A DNA stretch of 64,000 bases from Azolla caroliniana (taxonomy: Eukaryota > Plantae > Polypodiophyta): positions 9,734,001 through 9,798,000 of the forward strand of contig JBHGNT010000006.1 in assembly GCA_043228905.1 (NCBI GenBank). The letters are read 5' to 3'. Shown here piece after piece: positions 24,940-37,754 of this stretch; positions within the stretch are counted from its first letter, which is position 1; the number at the start of each line of letters is the position of its first letter. Position numbers and translations under genes: made by a program. The notes under the pieces were generated by a model. It was not told the origin of the DNA and searched no databases. It saw nothing but the letters and a program-made list of their open reading frames with translations.

Positions 24940-26118
24940 ATAGAACGTCGAGATCGTCCCAAATACAAAATAACTTTGTGTGTGCGCGTGCGTAAAGGAC
25001 CTTTTTTTATGAACGTGTCATAACTAACTATCCTCCTGCTTGGTATCTCCACATCTCAACCTCTTTTGTGGCGGTGTGTGTTTGTGTGTGCGCGCGTGTT
25101 TGGAAACTGGATATAGGGCATCATCTATGACAATTATATTATGGATGTGTGAAAAATGGAAGGGTAGTAATTTTAAATAAGTCTTAACACTCTTTTGTTG
25201 TTCTGATTCCACCCTTACTACTATCTAACTTCGGCACTGTGCATTGGGGCCCGTTAATAGTTTGATGAAATGTTTGTTTAGTGACAGCCTCATGGAGGTT
25301 TCTATGTCGGTCATTTAAAGAAGAATACGACACGTGTACAGGAATTTCAAGGAATGAGTGGGTAAATATTTACCACCCCATCATATTCAATCACATAATG
25401 GATGGTATTTCACGTTTCTTGTGGACAATAAAGTTGCGTGTGGAGAGAGTGTTGTGCATTTAGTTGGCTTTACGTTCCCTTTGATCTGCCAGAAGAAAGT
25501 TTCCAAAGAATGCATATAAAGTTATGGATGTAGATTGATTGAAGGCGTGAGGGATGACTGATTTTTTCAAACAAACCCATCACAATGATAATTAGGGTGG
25601 TTCTTGGGCATGATTGCTCTTATTACTATGCATATATGCATGGACTGGAGGGAGGGAGTATTAGTATGTACATGTATACTATGTAGTTGTTACTCTCAGT
25701 CGCATATCATATCATATCATATCATGCATAAATACATACAGAATAAATATATCATCAGCAGTTACTACTGCGCCACCCGTCCTTGCATCCTTCCTTCCTT
25801 CCTTCCATGGAAGCTTGAACCAAGGAAGTAACGCAAAATGAATTAGCAGCCGGTTTAGGGACAAAACACACACACACACACACACACACTCACTCACTCA
25901 CTTACTCACCACTCTAGTAGCTCGCCAAAAAGAGAAGAAAAGAGTATGTAGTGAAAAAAAAAAGAGAGGGACGGAGAAACAGCAGCCTCCCTCCCTCTCC
26001 TCGTACAAAAAAGGTTAAATTTATTAAAAGCAAGCAACCACATGTTAAATTACATCGGGAAGTCAGTCTCACCCACCAACCACATTTGAACGGAAATTAC
26101 TCCATTCCCTTTTTCTGC

Positions 26119-26159
<41 letters not shown>

Positions 26160-26258
26160 CTATGTGTTTGACGATTGTATATGTATGAATGTATGTATGT
26201 ATAATACAGACCATGCGGCGTGCATCATAGCCGCTATCTCGTGGATCTATAATAGAAA

Positions 26259-29088
26259 ATGGGAGGCCAGAATAGTGGTAAAAGTCGCACCCTACTACTA
26301 CTCCTACTCCCTCCTCATGTGAATCTGTTAATTCTACTACTCTTACCACCACCCTCCATCCTTAGTGCTGAATCTGTTATTGTTGTTGATGGATCCACGA
26401 TTGCTGATGCCCGCATTATATCATCATCAGCTGTAACTATGCCTTCTTTTGGAGGAGGAGGAGGTACCAACAACAACAACAACAACATTCCGGCAGTTTT
26501 CGTATTCGGTGACTCGCAGAGCGATACCGGGAACGGATGGTTTGTTAACCGTCTCACCGCCTTCATTCCTCCTTTCGGGGAGACATTCCCTGGATATCCC
26601 TATGGCCGATTCTCTGACGGTCGGACCTTTGTCTCCGACTTCCTAGGTATATAACTCATAAATTATTATTATTGTACACCGGCTCATGAAGGAATGAATG
26701 CATCCATCTCAGTGAGTTGAATGATATATATATATCTATATGTAGCAGGCTAGTCAGTCTGCAAGTCTATATTTATATTTTCTGATGCCTATCTGGACTA
26801 TTTGTTGTTTATATATATATCTGTCTGTGTGCTGTGTGCTGTACTGTGCTGTGCAGCCGAGCATCTGGGGCTTCCGCCTGTAAATCCATGGCTTAACGTC
26901 TTCCTCAACTTTGAGCATGGCGCAAATTATGCGATCCCTGGGGCAACCGCCTTAGCATCAATGCCATTTCCGCTGGCGACGCAGGTCGCATGGCACCTGG
27001 ACCTCGTTCATGAGGTGTACAACAACAGGACCACATCCTCCTCATCAACGAGGATGATGCTGTTGGAGCTCCAGAAACAGAAACATGAGAGCCAAGAACG
27101 TCGGAAATGGTTACCCACTGTTGAATCACTGGGCGACGCACTGTACGTGATAGAGATCGGAGGATTAGATTACAGGATTGACGAGTCTGATGTCGCTTAT
27201 TCTTCTCCGGAGCTGGTAAATGCCACAATTGTGCCCCTCGTTGTGGACGAAATACGAATAGCGTTGGAGGTATAAATCAATATATATATAATGATGATGA
27301 TTTATTTATACATACTACATACTACTTACTATATTATTGTAAATTGTAATGTTGGGTTCTCCACTTCTTATATATTTGTATTTATTTTATAGACATCATT
27401 ATGTATTAGTTAGTGTGACTTTTAATTTGAGGAAGGCCCTAAAGGTATGTATATATATATATATGTATAAATTATAATGTATGTATGTATGTATGTATGT
27501 ATGTATGGGCATATAAAAGTGGTTGCTCCCTCCCTTAGGGAGTCCAATAATTGAGAATTGACCTAAAACCTTGGGTTTTATTTTGTTGTTCAAATGCTTT
27601 TGGCTGATAACCATGAAAGACAGACACTCTACAATGGAGGGGATGCCAAGAAGTTTGTGGTCGTCGGCGTGGGAGCCAAAGGATGCCATTCTGTCACATT
27701 GGCCCTTTTCCCGAATATGCCCCGAGATTCTCGTGGTTGTGTTAAGCCCATTGACGACATCTCATGGAACAGCCGCCAACAAACGCTCGTGATGCTTGAA
27801 AACCTTCACCAACTACACCCCGACGCCAATTACAATTTTGTTGATTTGTACTCGGCCACCCACTATATCATTGACCATAGAGACGAGTTTGGTAATCATG
27901 CACTTCCATCCATACATTTCAAGCATATGTTATTCATCATTGTCATGTACAATAGGTAATGATATCGACCAATAAGGGAAATGTATCTACTATATCTAGC
28001 AAGATAGATCAATACCATATAGAGAAGACTAGACTAGGTTTTCTAGCATCCAAGGTATGGAACCAAATAAACATATGTAATAATCATCTTATATGTTTCT
28101 CTTTTAGAAGAAGGGGGGGGGGGGGGGGGCTATGACTCTGTAGTACATGAAAACATGCACGTGTTCCCATAGGTGGCTATTTGCGTATGACTCTTAAATT
28201 GTCATGCACATCTAGTTCCGAGTCATTCTCGTGAATTATCTTATTCACTGAGCATGCAAGAAGTAAGTAATATTCATCATCATCATCCTCTGACGCTACT
28301 AGTAGGTTTTCATTGCATTCTTCACATTAGGGTGATGATGCCATGATGCTACCTTAACACCTAACTTTATGTGACCAAGTTTCAAAATGTGTTAAAGACT
28401 CTAATGCCAGTAGTAAAATTTACATTGGGAGGTTCACATTTGCAATGGTATATTCCTATGTTGTCATTTTGGCATATATTGCCCTAGATGATGTGCTCAT
28501 TCCTAAAGACTTACATATATGTATGGAATACATGTAGTTCGTTGTGGGATGTCCCAATTATGCATACTTTATGCCATTACACTTGTGTAATACAAGCTAA
28601 AAAATGATACATTAGTTTTTTATTATTGATTACGACGACTACTCCCATTTTGAAAACAAACAAACCTGACTCTTTTCGAATAAGTAATGCTTGACACTAA
28701 TCCCATGCCTCAAGTGTTTGGCAATTTACACTAATTTGGATAGTCGTACATGTTTTATACTTGTAAATAAATGATCAGATTAAGGTATCACGTAAAGAAA
28801 ATAATGCCCTCTAAATTAATCTTTAAGTACGTGATTTTGAATCATAACATTTCCCTTCGCATTGCAGGATTCACCAATCCCTTCGATGCTTGTTGTGGTG
28901 CTGGGAATAGATATCCATACGGATATAATGACACAATTTTCGAATGCTCAAATGTGACAGAATCATTGTATGTCTGTCCGAACCCAATAAACTACATATC
29001 CTGGGATGGTACTCATTACACAGATAGCTTCAATTTTCAAGTGTTTAATCAAACATTTCTAACTGGAACCTTCATGTATTCTATATAG
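26259..29088 (+). CDS. Probably secreted GDSL/SGNH esterase-lipase (GELP). Exons: 26259-26646, 26857-27269, 27624-27891, 28868-29088 (429 aa)
   Basis: Hydrophobic N-terminus; block I VFVFGDSQSDTGN; GRFSDG; block II GANYAIPGA; block III EIGGLDY; ACCG; block V WDGTHYT; splice phases are consistent. Confidence 0.92.
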
Positions 29089-29575
29089 GTGGGATTGTCT
29101 CTATCGTAAATGTATTAAATAAATGAATAAATTTGGACGATGCCATCACATTATGATGTCATGAATAAAAACAATTTTTTATCACCTCATCGTCCCTAGT
29201 TCTTAAGTTGTAGACAAAAGTATCTGAGAACATAAATAACGTGATAGTGCAATCACATTAAGATCTCTTGAATAAATCCCATTTTTCTATCACCTCGCCA
29301 TCTCCCAATATAATTGTTTTGACATGAATTTCATAAACCGAAATAATATAAAATTTTATTTACTTAAGCTATACATTATTTAATTAGAAATAATAAATAT
29401 TAGAAGATTATAAACTAAGCTTTCATGGTTAGATAATACATATGAAAAGTTAGTGAGTACAACCATTTACAATAATATATTGAACATAATGAACCCATCG
29501 CAATTAGATATCGATTTATTTCCTCTTAACATCTCCCCTAAGTTATATGAATATTCTTCTCTCTCTTTCTCTAAC

Positions 29576-30900
29576 TGTTACGTGGAAGACTGATCGGGAC
29601 AACCTATACCTTCCGAGTTTCGGTGTCGTGAAGATCCGTCACTAGGTGCGGATCATGAGGTGGAACCATCGGGGTCCTGGACCAGAAGGATTCGAAGCTT
29701 CCACTAGTTTAGCGAGAAAGTATTTAAGATAGATTGAAAGAGAGAGATTGATATGGCGAGAGAGAGGTAGAGAGAGAGATTAAGATTGAACCCTTGACTT
29801 TAGACTTAAGAAACAAGATATACCATCAATTGGATAATGAATTTTCTTCTTCTTAAATTCTTGATTAATACATAGCTCCCTGCTTGATTCCTCCACTCTT
29901 TCATGGATGCCCCCATGCATATGGTGCATGTGAGGGTGCAAGACTTGCACACAATGCATGAAATGCATGCAATGCGCACAATGCATGCTTGACATGTCAT
30001 CATCAAAGCTCTCACACATGAGAATTTACATGTAACATTGGTGATAAAAATATAACCCTTAAAGCTCTATCCCTTGAGGCATTCGGGGCATATATTCGAA
30101 CAAAATCATATGTCTCACCATTTATCATGCATTGCATAACCATCAACCTCCCACGTTGATCATTATAGGCATCTGTAGGATTTAGCTCATGTTTTCTTAT
30201 CATAAGCACTCTAGATGTTGTACCTTGACTTGCATAGGAGATGTCAAAACCTCCAAATGAACCAACTTGACCACTGAATTCAACTTGTTTATGTTCTTGA
30301 ACACAAATTACATCTGCTTGAGAAGAGGTAATATAGTTCCAAAATAGTTTCCATTTACTAGGGTTACAAAGACCCCGTATATTGAAGGAGACACATTTGA
30401 CTTGTTGATGCATGATTAATATGGTTGAAGATATAAAACAAAGCAAAATACTAAGCTGATTGCATATTAGTATCACCGCCATGCTTATTTGCATGAAGAC
30501 TAATATCTAAATTTGATCCATCTTTGTAAATGTCCACCTATGAGCCTCTACGCACCCTTTTCTAGGCTTCTAAGACTGAAGAGAGCATTGAAGCATTAAC
30601 CCGTAAAGATGAACCTTGATTCTCAAGTGTGTGAGTGTAGTTCCTCACCACCACATGTGTCTTTCTTCTAAAGGATTTCTTAGATATTTGCAAAGGAAGT
30701 ATGTATTAAGATAAACAAATACAAGCTATAACTTACTTAGAGGACTCGAGAGTGGTTTCGAACCAGAATGGTTCGACAAGAGTGAGGGGGCTTCATTATA
30801 TAGTGGGTCATGGAGCATTCAAAGGTTTTCTAGAATGTTCGAGGAAATTCTAGGAAGTTCTAGAATGTTCTAGGGTACTACCGATTATGATATTATGTAA
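29576..30900. mobile_element. Possible degenerate solo-LTR-like sequence interrupted by the LINE fragment
   Basis: Starts TGTTACG; LTR-like TTCTAGAA repeats at 30825-30875; no TSD found. Confidence 0.3.
30012..30420 (-). mobile_element. Isolated LINE APE-endonuclease N-terminal fragment
   Basis: VSFNIRGL..DVICVQEHK..GR..IYAPN. Confidence 0.8.
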
Positions 30901-31717
30901 CCATGTAATAAATATGTGTATTAGACAACTTGATGTTTCATCAAAGAGTTGATTTAATTTACCACAAAAGCACTTATTCCTAAAAGAGAGGAGGGCGTAG
31001 GTTCAAGTCTTGTCAAAGCAACTTTGGCAAGTTCAAATTATATAAGCATTTTTTAATCAATTAATTATCTTTCCTCGACAACTTCGCATTTATCTCCCTC
31101 CCATTGCACCATCTGTGATTATGCTTTGTCATACTGATCATTCCTGAGTCACAAAACCCCGACGGTTGTGACACACGACCACAATCTTTATGACACCGAA
31201 ACTCGAAGATCTCTCCCCTCTTGGAGCTCCGATTAAGATCTTTTCTTCTATATAATTTTCAATCTACTTATCTGTCTTTTGCCTTCGAGAACATTCTATG
31301 TAACAGAGCCAAGATTTTCTTGTTGTGCTTACACCCCATGAACTTATTGTTATTTACAAAATTTTAACGTAATTTATATTTCCATTATCTTGTGCCAATC
31401 CTTGTTTAAAATCATTATTGGGAGTGTGTTAGGATTTTCGGCAAAGAATTATGAGCTTGGGAGGCAAAGTTACAACTGGGGGGAGTTGAAACCGACATGT
31501 CGTGTCCATTGGAAGGCACCCATGGGCAAGAGCGGGACATAATTTCCGTAACTACCCTACTCCATGAGGGAGGGTTAAATTATTACAAAAAAAATTCAAC
31601 CCCCACCCTCCCCTCAAGAGGGTTAAAAAGTAAAAACAATCACAATAAAATACAAAAAATAATACAAAAAAAACTCAATTAACAAAAGAAAAAAGAAAAA
31701 AAGAAACAACATTTGGA

Positions 31718-31915
31718 AGTAGCAACGGGCTTGGTTCAGGTTTTTGGTCTTGAAACCAAACCACACCATTTATTCATAATAAAAACCAAACCAAACCATT
31801 TAAAAACTATGAAGCCATTTAAACTAAACCGTTTACAAAAAATTTAGACCTAAACCAAACCATTTTACCATAAATCAAAACCAAACGAACCCATTTTACT
31901 GAATGCAACCAAAAA
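31718..31915. mobile_element. Probable hAT terminal/subterminal region (AAACC repeats)
   Basis: GCAACGGGCTTGGTTCAGG followed by many AAACCAAACC motifs; lies on the 3' side of the hAT transposase remnant. Confidence 0.4.
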
Positions 31916-32385
31916 CCTTTAACACATCAATGTTTTTGCAAAGTTTTTTAGAATGAGATGAACAAAGGATTATCTAATGTTACACTCGATATAACATGAT
32001 ATTTTATTGTGCATTCCATACAAGCTACCCTAATGCATACAAAAAGTGAGAAGTATACAACAATGAGAAGCAAGTGAAATCTTTCTTTCACACTCATGAC
32101 TAATAAGATCATCATATTTATTATAAATTTGTGTAAGAATGACCCGAAAGATGCAAGATATTGATCTCTTTGGTCTAATACGAATATTAAATATCAGCAT
32201 AAGAATTCTATTTGACTATGCTTTTAGTTGTTTGCCTAGTTCAGCTTATGGTAAACAGTTTCAAGATTGATTTGTATGCTCTATCTAAAACAGAATCAAA
32301 GATTATACATAATAAACAGAACCAAAGATTAGTACTAGAGAGCGGCGGAGACAGAAAAACAAAAATTTACACCACATTTTCAATG

Positions 32386-33083
32386 TTTTTTTTTTCTTCC
32401 AAAAAAAACTCCTTCCATTAGTTATAAAATTTTACAAATGAGATGATTATGTACAAATCCCTGAAGGGACGCGATAGTTCCATCTTATGTGGATGCCCAC
32501 TGACTCAAGAAAGGGAGAGGACGACCATTGTTGGATGAAGGCTATTCATTGTCATTGAACTCCCTCGGGGCCGCCCTTAAGGCCATCATATTGGCTCTTT
32601 AGAGTGGATACAATTTCACTCCATATCTCTTGTAGTAACCTTGTTGGATTTGCGGTTTGGTTGGAGAAGACTTGCCTACATCGTTGTTTCCATAGAATCC
32701 AAAGGGTTATTGGGTTGACCAATTCCAGCACCTCTTGAGATTTGTCATTAAGAGGAGTGGAGTGGACATTGCCGCTAGAGGAGAAAAGTACTAACAGGAA
32801 TGTGCGGAATAATGCTCGGCCACAACTGAGACTTCAATCACTTCGTTAGAATCACAACCACAGAAGAAATGGGCAATGAGGGTAAATGCACATATACACA
32901 ATCAATATGAGAGAGGGTACACAGTAAGTTAACGTGGAAAACCCTGAGAGGGAAAAACCACGGGAGCCCACTGGCTCCAAACTATCACTATGTAAGAAGA
33001 ATACAACAAGAAGAGCATAGAGGCAACGACCTCGTACTCTCGATCTTCGCCTGGTGGCGGTTGCAACAGAGACACGCTCTGTA

Positions 33084-33140
<57 letters not shown>

Positions 33141-36100
33141 GCTACACTCTATACCGCAGTTACACCGATAACACTATACAAAATAATGACAACCCTACAC
33201 ACGAAGAGTTTGCCCTAGGTCATATTTATACTAATATGACTTTCGGGCTATTTACAAATATAGCCCCAGTGGGCTCCCTGGAACATATTTACATATATGT
33301 CCCTTCATCCGGTGAGAGGTTCTCACTGGGCCTGCATCATCCGGTTCTCACCGGGTCTTCCTTGCCGGGTACTCGTATCCCATCCGGAGGGACCAAAATC
33401 CTAACAAACTCCTCCTTCACTCTGACATGGGATGCCTCGTCAATTCGATCCGCTTCCGGCATGCATCCAGCTTTCGGGTGTTAGCACTTTGGTCAGCATA
33501 TCTGACCCTTTCTCCTCCGTGTGGATCTTCATCAGCGCGAACTCTCGATCTTCCACTCGCTCCCGGATCCAGTGGTACCTCCGCTGGATGTGCTTGGTCC
33601 TGGAATGATACGCCGCGTTCTTTGCAAGGTGGATGGCACTTTGACTGTCGCAATAGAGCCGGTATTCCTCTTGCCGGATCCCTAGCTCTTTGATGAAGTC
33701 CTTCATCCATAGTATTTCCTTGCCAGCTTCCATAGCTGCCATGTACTCTGCTTCCGTGGTTGACAACGCAACCGTCTTCTGCAGCCTTGACTGCCACGAA
33801 ACAACTCCCCTTGCATATGTTATAACATATCCGGATGTTGACCGTCTGGTATCCACATCAGCCGACATATCCGAATCTGTGAAACCGTCAAGTTGGGGTT
33901 TACCAGAGCCGAATCAGAGGCACATACTTGAGATGCCTTTCAAGTACCAGAGTATCCATTTTACCGCATTCCAGTGCTCCTTGCCGAGGTTGCTCATAAA
34001 CCGGCTCACCACTCCGACTGCTTATCCGATATCCGGTCGGGTACACACCATTGCGTACATTAAGCTCTCGACGTCAGAGGCATATGGTATTTTCATCATA
34101 TCCGCCTTCTCTGCCTTCGACTTCGGGCTTTGCTTACCGGATAACCTGCAGTTTGTCGGGAGTGTCGATCCGACCGGTTTAGCATCTGACATGTTGAACC
34201 GCTGAAGCACCTTTGTCACGTACTTCTCCTATGACAGCCACAATTGCTTCTTTGACTAGTCGCAGATGACATGCATCCCCAATATCTGTCTTGCCGAACC
34301 CAAGTCTTTCATTGAGAAGGTCCGGTTCAGAGCCTTCTTCAACATCTGTATGTTGACTTGGTGTCGTCCGACGATCAACATGGCTTCCATGTACAGGAGC
34401 AATATCAAGAAGTCTCCTCCGTCGAATTTCTTCACAAATACGCAGTGATCAGTCTGTGTCTTGTGGTATCCTTGATCCGTCATGAAGGAGTCGAACTTCC
34501 GGTACCATTGCTGGGGAGCCTGCTTCAAACCATAGAGGCTCTTCTTCAACCGGCAAACCAAGTGCTCCTTCCCTTTCTTCACAAATCCCTCCGGTTGCTA
34601 CATGTAGATCTCCTCTTCGAGGTCGCTGTGAAGGAATGTCGTCTTCACGTCTAACTGCTCTACCTTGAGGTCCATGCTTGCCGCTATGCTCAACACCGTC
34701 CGGATGGACGTCATCTTTACTACCGGGGCAAATATCTCGTCAAAGTTCACACCCTTCTTTTGCTGGAACCCCTTCACTACGATCTTGGCTTTGTATCTGT
34801 GGGGGTTACCGGCATCTCCCGGTTTTAGCTTGTACACCCACTTGTTTCGGAGTGCCCTCTTCCCTTTCGGAAACTCCACCAATTCATACGTGTGGTTCTC
34901 ATGCAAGGAATCCATCTCGTCCTGCATGGCACTCAACCATTTGCGGCTATGGGTGTCATTCTTCGCATCTTCGAAGCTTTCCGGCCCCCCCTCATCGGTC
35001 AGCAACCGGAAATCTCCGGGGGGCTCTTCTTTCCCGGAGAGGATATCTCCGTCTTTGGTATTCGGCAACCGGCTCCTCTATTTGTTCTTCATCTGAATCC
35101 GATTCGGGGTCTTGGCCGGTTCCGATTTCATCTTCCTCTTGTTCTTCTGCCGGTTCGGTATCCTCACCGTAACCGGCCAGTTCTTCGAGTGTCAACCGAC
35201 TCTTAGCCAGGTAGGTTCGAATCTCATCGGTCTGATTCTTACCGGTCGACTCAGAGCTCATTATCTTCTTCTCTAGCTCCCAGTCGGCAAGGGTTTTGTC
35301 CTCCATGAAGATAATATCTCGACTCCGGAAAACCTTCTTGTCGACCGGATCCCACACTCGGTAGCTGAACTCATCATCGCCGTATCCGACGAATATGCAT
35401 GGCCGGGTTTTTGGGTCCAACTTTCCTCTCCGGTCCTTAGAAACATGCACGTACACGAGACACCTGAACACCTTCAGATGCCGGTAGGACACTTCCTTAC
35501 CGGTCCACATATTTTGCGGCGTGTCTCCATCCAAGGGCACTGAGGGTGATCTGTTTATTACATACGTCGTTGTCGACAACACCTCAACCCAAAACATCTT
35601 GGGTAGCTTAGCATGTGCTAGCATACTCCAGACCCTCTCCATTATCGTCTGGTTCATCCTCTCGGCCAGCCCGTTGAGTTCCGGTGTCTTCGGCACGGTC
35701 AATTCGAGCCGGATTCCCTTCGAGCGGCAATACTCCTCAAACTCCCCCCCCCCCCCCCCCTTTCTCCTCTATTATCTGCTCGAACCGCCTTCAGCTTTCG
35801 GCCGGTTTCTCTTTCCACTCTCACGTGGACCTCCTTGAAGACGGATAACGCATGATCCTTCGTCTTCAACGGTGTGGCCGATAGCCTCCGGGTGTGGTCA
35901 TCTATGAACGCCACGAAGTACTGCAATCCAGCATGTGACTTTGTGTCCACTTGACACACATCGGTGTGCACCAACTCCAATGGTGCATTACGTCTCATCG
36001 GTGGCCTTGATCGAAAGGAGGTCCAGTTCTGCTTACCGACCAGGCAGTCGGTGCATCTCTCAAGATGCACGTTCTTCACCGGAATGAGGTTGTCATCAGC

Positions 36101-37695
36101 AAGCCTCTTCATCCCCTTCTCACTCATGTGACACAATCTCTTGTGCCACAATTCACCAGTTCTGTCGGATGCCACATTCACTTCTTCCGAGCTTAACCGG
36201 GCATTCATCAGGTACAACGTGTTGACTTTCGAGGCCCGAGCCACTATCAGGCTCCCTTTGCTGAATTTCATGACACCGTTTCGGCTGCTACCAGTGTAGC
36301 CTTCATCATCTAGCCGACCGACTGATATCAAGTTCAATCGAACCTCTAGAACATGTCCGACATCCTTCAACAACAACTTGCATTCGGTTGGTGTTGTCAA
36401 CCACACGTCTCCTATGCCGACAATTCGGCATGTGCCTTCATTCCCCATCCGGACACATCCGTGATCACCGGTTGTGTAGGATGAGAAGCATTTTCGGTCC
36501 GGGGTAAGGTGGAATGACGCTCCGGAATCAACAACCCACGTTGTCTCGTCGCCAGCAAGGTTCTACTCACTCTCCTCGGTGATGAGCATCAACTCTTCTT
36601 CACTTGCCGCGATTGCCGTCGTTCCCTTCCGGTCCGGTCCTCTCCGGTCTTTACCATTTCCTTCTCTTTCCGGAAATGCCGACAGTTCTTCTGGAAGTGC
36701 CCCGGTTTTCCACAGTAGAAGCAAGTGGGCCTTCCCCTTGACTTTGACCGTGTCCCCGACTTATCCCGGTTCTAGGGACCCCGGTTACTTTGTCTTCCGC
36801 GTTCCGATTCGGTAAGGAGCGCTTTGGAGTCAGAGCTTGTATCCTTGTCATTCCGACGCGACTCCTCATCTAACAACCTCGACTTGCCCAAAGTGACAAC
36901 TAACGTCTCCCAGCTATCTGGGAGGGAACCGAGCAGGAGCAATGCTAGTACCTCATCGGGAGAGGTACTTCCAACGATGTTGCCTGGTGAATCAGCCCCT
37001 GGAAGGCATTCATGTGCTCCGCCATACTGAAGCCATCTTGATACCGGAGTCTTACTAGCATCCGAAATATTGAAACCTGATTAACATCATTTTTGTTTTG
37101 AAACATAATGCCGATCTTCTCCCAGAGCTCATGAGCCTTACTCTCCTAATTGAAGTTCTTGTACAGGCTCATGTCGATGAAGCACCGTATGTATGTTGTT
37201 GTCTTCATGTGCATCACCTCCCATATCATGGCATCGATTTTGTCCGGTCTCTTGTCCCCGAACTGAACCGGAAACCAACGATCTTTAACCACGAGCATGT
37301 CCCTCATCTTCGACTTCCACACTGAGTAGTTGGAGCCGGTGAGCTTGAACATGCCTCCAAACGAATCTTCCATTTTTCTGTGTCGTTCGCTCTGATACCA
37401 GATTGACAGGAATGTGCGGAATAATGCGCGGCCACAACCGAGACTTCAATCACTTCGTTAGAATCATAACCACAGAAGAAATGGGCAATGAGGGTAAATG
37501 CACATATACACAGTCAATATGAGAGAGGGTACACAATATGTTAACGTGGAAAACCCTGAGAGGGAAAAACCACGGGAACCCACTGGCTCCAAACTATCAC
37601 TATGTAAGAAGAATACAACAAGAAGAGCATAGAGGAAACGACCTCGTGCTCTCGATCTTCGCTTGGCGGCGGTTGCAACAGAGACACGCTCTGTA

Positions 37696-37754
<59 letters not shown>

